Part shown: in pieces, positions 9,455-19,508 of the stretch
How positions within the stretch are numbered: position 1 is the first letter of the stretch
Layout: each line of letters starts with the position of its first letter
From: Prevotella sp. UBA2756
GTDB lineage: Bacteria; Bacteroidota; Bacteroidia; Bacteroidales; Bacteroidaceae
DNA: 64,000 nt
Direction of reading: 5' to 3'
NCBI GenBank assembly: GCA_002353205.1
Contig: DEJE01000048.1
Location: 11,665-75,664, forward strand
The notes under the pieces: model-generated
Told to the model about the DNA's origin: nothing
The model's input: the letters and a program-made list of their open reading frames with translations, nothing else
The model's database searches: none
Made by a program: the position numbers and the translations under genes

Positions 9455-9523
9455 TCTAGATTTTCTAGATTCTCTAGATTTTCTAGACTTTCTAGATATT
9501 CTAGATTTTCTAGATATTCTAGA
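9455..9523. repeat. 9-bp-period TCTAGA(nnn) array, 8 copies
   Basis: TCTAGA at 9455, 9464, 9473, 9482, 9491, 9500, 9509 and 9518. Confidence 0.95.
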
Positions 9524-9532
9524 TTATCCTAA

Positions 9533-11830
9533 CTATTCTGGAGTTTTGCAATCAGAGGTGATACGGCCGCCGTTCATCGTGGCTTCAACAACGCGGCCGC
9601 CGGTGGCACGCAGGCGGAAACTGACGTTCCACTCGCGGGGCCAGGCAGGAAAGAGAATCGGAGTGCCGTCGGGCGATTCCTGAAGGAGCATCTCCTGCAG
9701 GCCGATCATGGCCGCTCCGCCGCGGTTCAGGTCGGGTGCCCAGTCGAAACCGGGGTCCCAGAAGGCAGGGAAACGGTAAGGACCGTCGGCCAGTTTCTCC
9801 GTGATGAGGCGTTGGGCTTCGTCGGTCAGGCCGAGGCATGCCGCCCAGATGTTGTCCTGTTTCCAGCCTTTTGTGCTGCGCATCTCCACGGCATGCGGAT
9901 CTTTCAGGTAGGTGTTGCGTGCAATGTCGAGGCCGGGTCGGCCCATGCCGTAGATGCGCCAGGGGAAGACGGGGTAGAGCTGCGGCGTCTCCACGTTCTG
10001 AATGCGTGCCCACACGGCTGCCGGTGCGATGCAGGTGTCGCCGTCGATGGTGCGCAGCGGGATGTCGGGGAGGCGCTTGAGAAGGCTGTCGGCGTAGAGT
10101 GAAGAATCTTTTTGAGCGGCAGGATGCTCAGCACGGTGCGACGATTGCACCAGGTAGCGGCTGAAGGCAGTGGCTACGGTGCGCAGTGCGGCGATGGTGC
10201 TGGCCGGGTTGTAGGCTTGCTTGTAGGTTTCGCAGCCTGAACCGGGGAAGATGATGAGGTGGCCGTCGCCGTCGAGGCTCTTTGCGCCGCGCCGTCGGGC
10301 GAGGTATTGGTAGTGTTCGTCGAAGAAACGGAGACAGCTCTCGATGAGCGGTTCGTATTTGCGGATGTCAAGACCACTGTATTTGTGGGCCTGCAGGGCC
10401 ATGAGGCAGAACTCCAGGGCGGTGTCCCACTCGTATTCGAGCCATGCGTTGCGCTCCATTCCCCAGTCGTCGCCGTCCTTGTGTTTGCCGTATTCGGCCG
10501 GGTTGGGCAGTCCGAAGTTCTCTATCTGTTCGGAGAAGCAGGCGCCGCGGTGCCCCCAGTGGTGACGGGTCCATAGCTCTGCCGTGGGCAACAGGCGCAG
10601 GTAGGTGTCGAGCTGGGCGGTCAGCAGGTCGGTGTCGCCGCTCTTCAGCATGGGCCAGTGGACGAGACGCTGGTTTTGTGCGGTCATCGTTCCGCCACCC
10701 CACTTGCGGTAGTCGGGCGTGAAGGGGGCGAGCGAATCGGCGTAGACGGGGTCGAAGGTGAACAGTCCGCCGTTGAACTTGGTGGGCCATTGGCCGCGTG
10801 CGTTGCAGCCGAGCATGAATCGCATGAGCTCGTAGTTGCGCAGGACAGCCTGAAGGGCGGGGTCGTGGCTGTCGGTCTGAATCCAGCTGCGCTGCCAGTA
10901 GTCGTGCCACCAACGGGCAGAGCGGCGTAATGACTCTGACGCCTTGATGTTCTGGAAGACAAACGGGCCGATGGTGCCGCAACCGTCGACGGCTGTCAGC
11001 TGGTATTCCTTGTGTCGCAGATAGCACAGGTCGATCATCAGGGTGCTGTTCTTGTTGTTGTCTGATGCAAAATGCCATGCGCGGTAGTCGGTTCCGGCGT
11101 AGATGCCGTCCGTCGTACCCGAAAAGCGGAAGCCGGGAGCGTACATGGTGCCGCCCATGAGCCGTCGGGCCAGCGGGTTGTGAATCTCGGAGGAAACGGT
11201 CTGGAGGTTTTCGCGCTGCACGGTGAAGTCGAAAACCGTCTTTGTGCGGTTATGGTGGAAGAAGCTAAGCTCGTTTTTGTCGGCAACGATGCTGTCGGCA
11301 CGCGTCACCGTGCCTTCGGGCAGCACCCATTTGTAGCTGCTCTGCTGGCATTCGGCCTTGGTCAGCGGTCGGTCGCGGTAGCGCCAGCTCTCGTAGCTGA
11401 GCGTTGCCCCGACTCGGGACTGTCGAGTAGAGAATGCGACGAACACAACGGGCTGCTCGACATCCACCCATAAGCGCACCCTGACGCCACCGCCTTCCAC
11501 GTAGATGCAGCCCTCGTCGAGGGAAAGAGTCTGGCGGAAGTCGCTGGTGCCGAAAGGATTGCCGTCGAAATGGAGGCGCCACCGGCCGGCCTTCAGCAGC
11601 GTGTTGTTCTCGTCGAACCAGCCGCTCTGCGAGATGTAGAAGAGCAGGTCGCCCCCTTCTACCCACACGTTCATGCCCATGTCGCAACCTCCGCAGGGCA
11701 TCGACTCGCTGCTGTTGCGGCTTTGGGTGGTCCATACCAAGGGTTTGGGAACATAGTCGCCTGGCTTCTTTGCTCCCGCGAAAGCGACGATGCAAAGAAG
11801 CCAGGCGATGAGAAGAATGCGATGCTTCAT
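9533..11830 (-). CDS. DUF5703 glycoside hydrolase, probably GH139 (2-O-methyl-alpha-L-fucosidase-like)
   Basis: SSESMPCGG, KFNGGLFTFDP, DYRKWGGG and RFPAFW..GFDW.PD motifs; synteny with GH106 and acetylesterase as recalled for the B. thetaiotaomicron RG-II locus. Confidence 0.7.
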   Translation of the reverse strand: MKHRILLIAWLLCIVAFAGAKKPGDYVPKPLVWTTQSRNSSESMPCGGCDMGMNVWVEGGDLLFYISQSGWFDENNTLLKAGRWRLHFDGNPFGTSDFRQTLSLDEGCIYVEGGGVRVRLWVDVEQPVVFVAFSTRQSRVGATLSYESWRYRDRPLTKAECQQSSYKWVLPEGTVTRADSIVADKNELSFFHHNRTKTVFDFTVQRENLQTVSSEIHNPLARRLMGGTMYAPGFRFSGTTDGIYAGTDYRAWHFASDNNKNSTLMIDLCYLRHKEYQLTAVDGCGTIGPFVFQNIKASESLRRSARWWHDYWQRSWIQTDSHDPALQAVLRNYELMRFMLGCNARGQWPTKFNGGLFTFDPVYADSLAPFTPDYRKWGGGTMTAQNQRLVHWPMLKSGDTDLLTAQLDTYLRLLPTAELWTRHHWGHRGACFSEQIENFGLPNPAEYGKHKDGDDWGMERNAWLEYEWDTALEFCLMALQAHKYSGLDIRKYEPLIESCLRFFDEHYQYLARRRGAKSLDGDGHLIIFPGSGCETYKQAYNPASTIAALRTVATAFSRYLVQSSHRAEHPAAQKDSSLYADSLLKRLPDIPLRTIDGDTCIAPAAVWARIQNVETPQLYPVFPWRIYGMGRPGLDIARNTYLKDPHAVEMRSTKGWKQDNIWAACLGLTDEAQRLITEKLADGPYRFPAFWDPGFDWAPDLNRGGAAMIGLQEMLLQESPDGTPILFPAWPREWNVSFRLRATGGRVVEATMNGGRITSDCKTPE

Positions 11831-11857
11831 GATTGGGAGGATTGGGTTTTTTCTTCT

Positions 11858-11944
11858 TCTAGATTTTCTAGATATTCTAGATATTCTAGATTCTCTAGAT
11901 ATTCTAGATATTCTAGACTTTCTAGATATTCTAGACTTTCTAGA
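11858..11944. repeat. 9-bp-period TCTAGA(nnn) array, 10 copies
   Basis: TCTAGA every 9 bp from 11858 to 11939. Confidence 0.95.
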
Positions 11945-11968
11945 TTATTTACTATTCGGATGATGGGG

Positions 11969-13372
11969 CTACCAGCTGTCGGTGCGGAACGAGCTGACGG
12001 GGAGGCCGTCGTGCATCAGGTCGCCCTCAACCCAGTCGCGGAAAGCGTAGCGCACGGCTACGGGTTTCTTCACCTGTTGGCTGCGTACGTACACCCGGTT
12101 GCGCGAAATCCAGGCCTCGGCGGGATGGAACACGCGGTCTTCTCCGGCAATTTCAAAGTTGCTGCTCTTCGGGCCGTGTTCAAAGTAGACCCACTCCTTG
12201 CTGCGGTCGAAAGCCACCACGGCCGTGTCGCCGCGGAACTCCACGCTGCTGTACGTGGCGAAATCGGGCAGTCCCTTCACGCCGTAGGTGTTGCTGAGGG
12301 CGAGGATGGCGAGCCGTTCGCCTGCTTGCCGCTTCTTTCGCGGGTGGATGCCGTACTCCAGACCGGCATCCATGAGCACTGCCATGCGGGCATTGGGAAT
12401 CGTGGCCTCGGCCTTTAGTTGCTGTTCACGCAGATATTGGCTGCCCTTCCAGTCGATGAGGGAGTAGTCGTAGGGGGCAATCTGACAATAATAGAAGGGG
12501 AACTCGCCCTGCTTCCAGTCCGCACGCCAGCCCTCAACCATCGTTTTGAGCAGCGGAGCATAGTAGTCGAAGCGCGGCACGTTGTCTTCGCCCTGGTACC
12601 AGATGGCGCCACGCATGGTGTAGCCCACCAAGGGCCGTAGCTGACCGTAGTATAAAGCCGTGGGGCAACGTTGTTGTAGCTTCTTCATGTCGTCCTCGGT
12701 TACATGTTGGTTCACTTTGGGAAAAGCTTTCAGCCATTCGGGTGCCATCCAGGCTTCGCAGGCAGAGCCGCCCCATGAGGAGACGATGAGGCCGACGGGT
12801 ACGCCGAGCGTCTGGCGCAGAGCCCTGCCAAAGTAATAGGCGGTGGCAGAGAAATCGCGGACGCTGGCACTGTTGGCTTCGTTCCACTGTCCTGTCACAT
12901 CGCGTTCGGGTGTCAGCGACGCGTGGCGCTTGACCGTAAAGAGTCGCAGACTGGCATCATGGCAGCGGAGGAGTTCCTCCGTCGTGCCCTCTACGGGCTG
13001 CTGCTTGAAGCCCTTCATCTGCATCTCCATGTTCGACTGTCCGCTGCATATCCATACTTCGCCGATAAGGATGTTGTTGAGCATCAGGAATTCCTCGCCG
13101 TCGCTAAAGCCGATGTAGTAGGGGCCTCCGGCTTCGGGTGTCTTCACTGTCAGTTCGAAACGCCCGTTTTTGTCGACTTCGGCCCAATGTTCCTCGTCGT
13201 TCCACGAGGTAACGACGACGACACCGTCTTTTCCGGCATCTGTCCAGCCCCAGAGATTACACTCGGTCTGCTGTTGCAGCACCATGTTGTGGTCGAAGAA
13301 CTGAGGCAGCGTGACCTTGGCATGGACCGTTATTCCGATGAGCGCCACGATGGCGCAGATTAGTTTTCTCAT
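11969..13372 (-). CDS. Sialate O-acetylesterase family (SASA/SGNH) carbohydrate acetylesterase
   Basis: GEVWICSGQSNM, WGGS, IWYQGE, IHPRKK and PVAVRYAF motifs. Confidence 0.92.
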   Translation of the reverse strand: MRKLICAIVALIGITVHAKVTLPQFFDHNMVLQQQTECNLWGWTDAGKDGVVVVTSWNDEEHWAEVDKNGRFELTVKTPEAGGPYYIGFSDGEEFLMLNNILIGEVWICSGQSNMEMQMKGFKQQPVEGTTEELLRCHDASLRLFTVKRHASLTPERDVTGQWNEANSASVRDFSATAYYFGRALRQTLGVPVGLIVSSWGGSACEAWMAPEWLKAFPKVNQHVTEDDMKKLQQRCPTALYYGQLRPLVGYTMRGAIWYQGEDNVPRFDYYAPLLKTMVEGWRADWKQGEFPFYYCQIAPYDYSLIDWKGSQYLREQQLKAEATIPNARMAVLMDAGLEYGIHPRKKRQAGERLAILALSNTYGVKGLPDFATYSSVEFRGDTAVVAFDRSKEWVYFEHGPKSSNFEIAGEDRVFHPAEAWISRNRVYVRSQQVKKPVAVRYAFRDWVEGDLMHDGLPVSSFRTDSW

Positions 13373-13373
13373 A

Positions 13374-16300
13374 TCATTGTTCTATTTTAAGCTCTGGCTG
13401 TGCGAGGAGACCTGCCGGCAAGAGGCCGTCTCCCTTCGTTCGATACTTGGCATTGGTCCAGACGCCTTCGTAGGGCGCCTTGCCTTGGTCCGTTCCGCGC
13501 AGGGCATTGTGCCAGGTATTCACAACTTCTATCTCAATCGAGTTCTTTCCTTTCTGCAGGGCGCGCGTAATCTCCACCTCGTAGGGAGCAGTCCAGGCAA
13601 TGCCGCAGTCCTTGCCATTCACCCATACGTGGGCAATATCCTTCACATGGGGTAGCGACAGCCAGATTCGGCCTGTCGGAATCTCTTTTTTCTTCAGCTT
13701 CAAGGTCGTCTGATAGCGGGTGTGGCCACTGAAGTAGCGGATGCTGTCGGCCGGATGCCGGCTCCAGTCGAAGAGGGTGTCGGTCTGCAAACGCAGGCCG
13801 TTCTCTCGGAAAGTGAGCTGCCACGGAGCTGTCGGCAGGGGTTTACTGGTGTAACGGCTGGAGGGCTGCAAACCGATGTAGCCGACAGCCGAACTCAGGA
13901 AGACGAAAACGGAACCGTGGGGTGCCAACGTCAGCGCAACATCGGTCCGCGGCTGGTTGACAGTGGCCTTAGCAGGCAGAGAAAAAGCATTGGAGAGTGG
14001 ATCGTAGATGACTACATCTTTGTAAAGTCCGCTACGGAAGGAGGCTGTGAACGATTGCTCACGGTCGGTCTGATTGGAGAGAAAATAGGTTTCGCCGAAC
14101 TCACCTCTGCTGCGGTGCGCAAAGGCGACACCGGGAGGAAGGATGACGTCGGGCTCGATGCCCAGCGGTGTGAGGTCGGTTTTTGTGTAGGGTTGGTCGA
14201 TGATGGCGATGCCGCGGCTGCGCAGGGTGTCGATTTGACGCTTGACTTCAGGCGAGAGGCTGACGGCAGAGGGGATGACGAGGGCGCGATAGGGGTAGTC
14301 GTCGTTCCAATGGAGCAGGGCATCGCGGTTCATCGAGTCGTAATGATAGCCATGCAGGGGATTGATCCAGTCGTTTGCGTCGGTGATACCTGCTGAATGC
14401 CACACACCCACAGGCGATTCCTCCATGGGCTGACCGATATTGGCCAGACGTTTGTGCTCGGCAGCAACGCGCTCGGAGCCGAAAAGACCAGGTAGCATGT
14501 TGACCAAACGGTCGGGAGTGAGGGCGCGTCGGGGCATCTCTTCGCCGGTGAACACGGCGATGTCGGCCACAGGGTCGCCTTTCTGCAACCACTGCTGACA
14601 GTGGGTGATATAGTCTACAAGGGCTTTGGCTTCGGGGAACCACGTCTGGTCGCGCTGGAAGAAGAGGCCGATGCCGTCGAGAGTCATGCCGGGACGGCGG
14701 TCCATCCACGGGTTGTGGGTGAAAACATGAAAGAACAGGCGGTTCATGCCGAGGGCAAAATGACAGTCGAGAAGCGGTTTGATCATAGCGGGCGTCTCGT
14801 TCCAGACACCACGTACTTCGGTGAATCCCTCGGCCTGCACGATATTCTTGCCGTAGACGTGGGCACCGCTGATGGCATCGAGCATGTCGGTGGGCTTATC
14901 GTGCGTGGGACTGTTGAGCCAGAACTCGCCCATCGGTACGTCCACATATTTATAATGCTCCATTCCGTCGCTGACCATCGTGGGCGCCACACTTTCTGAG
15001 GAGAGTTGCACGCCATACTGACGGGCTTTCTGCGCCACGGTGGCAAAGAAAACCTCGTTGATGAGTTCGTTGATGGTCTTTCTTACATCGCGTAGTACCT
15101 CATCACACTTGGCGGCCGACTCAATGGGGATGCCAATCATGACAGGCAACCACGGAATGAGGTCGTAGCCGCGACGCTGCTGAAACTCCTCGGCAAAACG
15201 GTGGCCCCAGTTCTGCGAACCACATTCCCACGAATCTACGTGCAGATACTTCACTACATCGGCATGAGGGCGCTGCTTGAACAGTGCGAACCACGAATCG
15301 ACCTGCTTGTTGACGGCCTCGCGTGAGAACTTGTCGCACTCCAAGCCCTTGGCACCGCCGGCTGTTGCATTGGTATGTCCAGTTGAAGTGTGGCCGATGC
15401 GGACGATGCGGTAGGCGTAGCTTGGAGAATCGATGAAAGAAAGCGAATGGCCTGTCACCCGGTCTCCCTCCAAAGTCAGGCGTACCACTTCACGTCGGGG
15501 CCAACAGATGCTGTCGGGCAGTTCTTCGGAAGAAGCATCAGGAGCTATGCGCCAGACGTAGCCAGCCTTGCCTTCCCAGTTGTCGACGCACGGCTGAGTA
15601 TAGAGAGTGGCGTTCTTCAGACTTAAACGCGGACGCCATTTGGCAGCGTCAAGGTCCTCGCTGCCAGGTTCCGTGCCTCCGGGTGTCCATGAAAGTCGCC
15701 AAAAGCGTGCTGTAGTAGGCTTGAAGGCAAAGGTGGTGTTGAAGTCATAGTTCTGCCAACCTTGTCGTGGGGGCACTAATCGTTTCACCATACGGAAGTT
15801 GACACCGTTGTCGCTCACCTCTATGGTGATGCGCTGTCCCTGTATGTTGGTGCCATTGGCGGCTATCTCGATGTTGGTGAACTGTCTTGGAACTCCGAAG
15901 TCGAACTGAATCCATGCCGGTTCGGAAGCTGTGAAGATGCCTTTGGCGTTGCGAGTCATGGTTGAAGACATCATGACAGGACACTTATCCACGTCGCGTT
16001 GCAGGTCGAAGTTATAGGGGAAAGGATGGAACGAGCGTCGTGTCAACGGAATGGCAAAGGTGGCAATGTCCTCGTAATAGCCTTCGTAGCCTTGCGGACG
16101 ATGCAAGGTCAGGCCGTTTTTCCGGTGAATCAAATCCTCCAGTCGGCCAACCAGAATGGTATCGCTGTAGACAATCTTCTGCATCGACTCTTCGGGTGTG
16201 ATCCAGGGTCCGCCGGCCAGCGCGAAGCCGTCGCATACATGAATGCCCATTCCTAAGCCGAGACTGTCGGCCTGTTGCATAGATACGTCCACCATGTGCC

Positions 16301-16562
16301 AGAAGTTGTCGCTCAACGCGTCGGCCTGGCCCTGAAACTCCGGGCGTTCGGTGGCTCCACGAATAGGCATCAGGTAGCAACCGCCCAGTCCTACGTCCTT
16401 CATGGCTTGCAAGTCGGCCTTCACACCCTCTTCCGATACGGCGCCATACATCCAGTACCAGAAGGTCCATGGTCGGCTCAGCTCGTCGGCTTGCTTCTGC
16501 TGCGGCTGGGCTGCGCAGACGAGCGAGGCAAAGAGAAGGAAAAAGACTGTCAGTTTCTTCAT
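13374..16562 (-). CDS. GH106 alpha-L-rhamnosidase
   Basis: RPWTFWYWM, GGPWITPE, GLECDKF, DSWECG, PMGEFW and AISGAHVYGK motifs. Confidence 0.9.
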   Translation of the reverse strand: MKKLTVFFLLFASLVCAAQPQQKQADELSRPWTFWYWMYGAVSEEGVKADLQAMKDVGLGGCYLMPIRGATERPEFQGQADALSDNFWHMVDVSMQQADSLGLGMGIHVCDGFALAGGPWITPEESMQKIVYSDTILVGRLEDLIHRKNGLTLHRPQGYEGYYEDIATFAIPLTRRSFHPFPYNFDLQRDVDKCPVMMSSTMTRNAKGIFTASEPAWIQFDFGVPRQFTNIEIAANGTNIQGQRITIEVSDNGVNFRMVKRLVPPRQGWQNYDFNTTFAFKPTTARFWRLSWTPGGTEPGSEDLDAAKWRPRLSLKNATLYTQPCVDNWEGKAGYVWRIAPDASSEELPDSICWPRREVVRLTLEGDRVTGHSLSFIDSPSYAYRIVRIGHTSTGHTNATAGGAKGLECDKFSREAVNKQVDSWFALFKQRPHADVVKYLHVDSWECGSQNWGHRFAEEFQQRRGYDLIPWLPVMIGIPIESAAKCDEVLRDVRKTINELINEVFFATVAQKARQYGVQLSSESVAPTMVSDGMEHYKYVDVPMGEFWLNSPTHDKPTDMLDAISGAHVYGKNIVQAEGFTEVRGVWNETPAMIKPLLDCHFALGMNRLFFHVFTHNPWMDRRPGMTLDGIGLFFQRDQTWFPEAKALVDYITHCQQWLQKGDPVADIAVFTGEEMPRRALTPDRLVNMLPGLFGSERVAAEHKRLANIGQPMEESPVGVWHSAGITDANDWINPLHGYHYDSMNRDALLHWNDDYPYRALVIPSAVSLSPEVKRQIDTLRSRGIAIIDQPYTKTDLTPLGIEPDVILPPGVAFAHRSRGEFGETYFLSNQTDREQSFTASFRSGLYKDVVIYDPLSNAFSLPAKATVNQPRTDVALTLAPHGSVFVFLSSAVGYIGLQPSSRYTSKPLPTAPWQLTFRENGLRLQTDTLFDWSRHPADSIRYFSGHTRYQTTLKLKKKEIPTGRIWLSLPHVKDIAHVWVNGKDCGIAWTAPYEVEITRALQKGKNSIEIEVVNTWHNALRGTDQGKAPYEGVWTNAKYRTKGDGLLPAGLLAQPELKIEQ

Positions 16563-16580
16563 GTTCGGGGCGGAAAAGGG

Positions 16581-19436
16581 TTATTCAAACACGAACGTTG
16601 CGCCGATCATGTGATAGCCTTTCGCCCAGTGAGGCTGAGCAGAAGGGCCGTTCAGGTCGGTGGTGTTCACCTTGTTGCGCACGGCAGGTATCGCTTTCAG
16701 AATGCTGATGCCCGTCTGTGGCAGGTCGAAAAGGATGTGGTCGCGACCGTCGCGCGGTTGATAGATGCCCACATAGTCGGGCGTGTCGAGGTCGGTGATG
16801 CCGATGCGGCCCTCGGTGGTCTGCAGCTGCATCCACGAAACATCGCCGAAGTAGCCCTTGAACTCAGGATATTCCCATGACTCGGCGGGAACGGGGTCGT
16901 TGTAGTCGGTCGTCCAATAGCCGTACTGCGGGCCTTCCAGTCGGTTCTGCCACACACGATAGGGACCGCGACCCACCCATCGCTTGGAGCGCACCAGTTG
17001 CTCGGGATAGTCGAAACTGATGCCTAAGAGATCGATAACGCCGTTGAACGCGTAGCCTACCGAAACGTGAACGCGGCCATCCGGCCAGAAATCCCACGCC
17101 ACTTGGTCGATACTGCCGTGGCGATAGTGGGCGATGAGCTCGCCATTATGCCATTCGAAGTGGGAGAACTGACCTTGATCGGCATATTCAGTGTACTGTG
17201 TCTTCTTGTCGAAAGCCTGTTTGTCATCGTGGTTGTAGAAGCCGTCTTGCGATCGGTCGGCACGCTTGGCGGCCACCAGTCGCGGACCTTGCAGCGAAAT
17301 CTTTCCTCGGGCAGTCTGCACATGGGTGAGACGGCCGTCCTGTTTCGAGAAAACGTAAGTTTTACCCTGCGAAACGACGGTCAGATGTGATTCGTCCTCA
17401 GTGTGAATCGGCTCATCGTGTATGTAAACTGAATCGACGATGTCTATCAAAGGATTGGGGAAACTCCAGGTGAAGATGTTGCGGCCGTGTGGATCGGTGG
17501 CACTGATTTCCACTACTTCGGCAAGGCTCTCAGGCAAACCGATGGTGGCGCTCTGGCCTGGCTCCACACTGGGAACACGCAACGTGCCCTTTCCCACGAC
17601 GCTCACTTCGTTTTCGTTCATAGCGGGCATGTCAAGCAGTCGGTAACTGAAGCGGCAGTCGCTGAGATTGGTGAAATCGTAGCGATTGTGCAGCTCTATC
17701 TGTTTGTTGCGGACATTGAGCTCCACGGGGCTCCACACCTCGCAGATGGTATAGAATGAACCTTCTTTCTCCATGTGGGGTCCCACAATGCCGTCGGCAC
17801 CGAAGTTGCCCATACAGTCGACGATGTTGTTCTGGTCAGTCCGCACGACGCCCTGGTCCATCAGGTCCCACAGGAAACCGCCGGCGCAACGCGGATTCGA
17901 CATCATCAGTTGCCAGTAGTCGCGCAGTCCGGCTCCGTGTCCGCCGTCGTAAAGACCGTGCAGGAACTCGGTGGGCATGAAGATTTCCTTCTGTCGCATG
18001 TATTCTGCCGTCTCGCCCCATGAGCGGTAGTGCTTCGTCTCGAAGCCGTTGCGGTTGGCCCAGGGATAGAGAACGACGCGCTTTTGCGGGTCGAACTTCC
18101 CGAAGAAGGGCTCCAGGTCGTAGTTGAAACCGCCTTCGTTGCCGTTGCTCCAGAAGAGAATGCTCGGATGATTGACGTCTCGCGTCACCATTTCCTCCAC
18201 TAACTGTGCTCCGTTGATGGTTTCGTGAGCCCAATGCCAGCCGGGTAGCTCGCACTCCACGTAGAGGCCGAGCGAGTCGCAGGCGTCAAGAAACTCTGGA
18301 TCGGCGGGATAATGGCTGAGGCGAACGGCGTTCATGTTCATCGACTTGATAAGTTCCACGTCCTCAATGTTCTTCGCCTTGGAGAGTGTGCGACCGGTCT
18401 CGGGGCGGAACGAGTGTCGGTTGACGCCCTTGACGATGACTTTCTGCCCGTTGACGAAGAGTCCGTCTTCTTCGCAGCCATAAACATGTCTGGAATTTTC
18501 GACGGTTTGCAGTCCTGTATTCTTGTAGCTGTGGCGGTATTCGATGGTGCGGAAGCCAAAACGCTGGCGCTCGATGTGCAGCGTGCGGCCCTGCGCGTCT
18601 TTCAGCGTAAACACGGCGGTGTAGAGATTCGGTGTCTCGGCGTTCCACAGACGAGGGCTTTTCACAGCGAAGTCTACGCGTAACTGGTCGCCACCGCGAT
18701 GGTCTGTGGTGGCGTTGGCTGCCTTTTTCCCGTGTGCGTCGATGATATCGACGCTGACAGAACCCTTGGGAAGGGCGCGGTTGAGGAAGACATCGGCCAT
18801 GAAACGACCGTCGGCGCGCGCATCGATGGCCACGCGCTGGATGTTCTGCACGGGTTTGCTGACGATGAACACCGGTCGCCAGATACCTCCGAAGTTCCAG
18901 TAGTCGGCACGACGCTCGGCCAGGTTCACTTGCGGGCTGTCACTCTCTTTCTTCACCGTCACTTCCAGCCGGTTTGTCTTCTTTCCGAAGAAGACGCGGT
19001 CGCTGACATCGAACTGGAACCGCGTAAAACCACCTTGATGGAGACCGCGGCCAGCCTTGCGGCCGTTGATAGTGACGTTCGCATCGGTCATTACGGCCTC
19101 GAAGGTGAGCAGGATCTGCCGTCCGGCCCACTCTTGTGGCAGCTGGAACTCATATCGGTAAAGACCTTGCTCGTCGGCAATGCCCTCGGGAGTGGCCTTG
19201 CCGTAGAAGCGCATGCCGTACTGGTAGGTGCCGAAGCCCTGCAGTTCCCAGCACGAAGGCACGCCAATCTTCGTCCATTGTCCGCCATTGCGTCCGTCGG
19301 TGCACTTGAAGTCCCATTCAACCATGTCGTCGCAGCCCCGTCCGCTGAGGTATTGGCGGTGGGTCTCGCAGTCGTTTTGTGCTGTCAGAGCCATGGTGAA
19401 GGCAGCTGCCAGCAGTGTCGTGAAGATACGTCTCAT
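16581..19436 (-). CDS. GH2 glycoside hydrolase (beta-galacturonidase-like by synteny)
   Basis: VPSCWELQG, GVNRH, NAVRLSHYP, NHPSILFWSNGNE and PTEFLH motifs. Confidence 0.88.
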   Translation of the reverse strand: MRRIFTTLLAAAFTMALTAQNDCETHRQYLSGRGCDDMVEWDFKCTDGRNGGQWTKIGVPSCWELQGFGTYQYGMRFYGKATPEGIADEQGLYRYEFQLPQEWAGRQILLTFEAVMTDANVTINGRKAGRGLHQGGFTRFQFDVSDRVFFGKKTNRLEVTVKKESDSPQVNLAERRADYWNFGGIWRPVFIVSKPVQNIQRVAIDARADGRFMADVFLNRALPKGSVSVDIIDAHGKKAANATTDHRGGDQLRVDFAVKSPRLWNAETPNLYTAVFTLKDAQGRTLHIERQRFGFRTIEYRHSYKNTGLQTVENSRHVYGCEEDGLFVNGQKVIVKGVNRHSFRPETGRTLSKAKNIEDVELIKSMNMNAVRLSHYPADPEFLDACDSLGLYVECELPGWHWAHETINGAQLVEEMVTRDVNHPSILFWSNGNEGGFNYDLEPFFGKFDPQKRVVLYPWANRNGFETKHYRSWGETAEYMRQKEIFMPTEFLHGLYDGGHGAGLRDYWQLMMSNPRCAGGFLWDLMDQGVVRTDQNNIVDCMGNFGADGIVGPHMEKEGSFYTICEVWSPVELNVRNKQIELHNRYDFTNLSDCRFSYRLLDMPAMNENEVSVVGKGTLRVPSVEPGQSATIGLPESLAEVVEISATDPHGRNIFTWSFPNPLIDIVDSVYIHDEPIHTEDESHLTVVSQGKTYVFSKQDGRLTHVQTARGKISLQGPRLVAAKRADRSQDGFYNHDDKQAFDKKTQYTEYADQGQFSHFEWHNGELIAHYRHGSIDQVAWDFWPDGRVHVSVGYAFNGVIDLLGISFDYPEQLVRSKRWVGRGPYRVWQNRLEGPQYGYWTTDYNDPVPAESWEYPEFKGYFGDVSWMQLQTTEGRIGITDLDTPDYVGIYQPRDGRDHILFDLPQTGISILKAIPAVRNKVNTTDLNGPSAQPHWAKGYHMIGATFVFE

Positions 19437-19454
19437 ACGTTCCTTATTTATAAT

Positions 19455-19483
19455 AAGGACTCAGAAGGCGTGGCTTTGTAACT
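19455..19483 (-). promoter_or_regulatory. Putative ECF promoter for the GH2-GH106-esterase-GH139-GH78 operon
   Basis: Sense strand AGTTAC-N16-AGTCCTT, 21 nt before ATG 19436. Confidence 0.65.
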
Positions 19484-19508
19484 AAGCAGGATGGTGATTT
19501 GAGCATCT

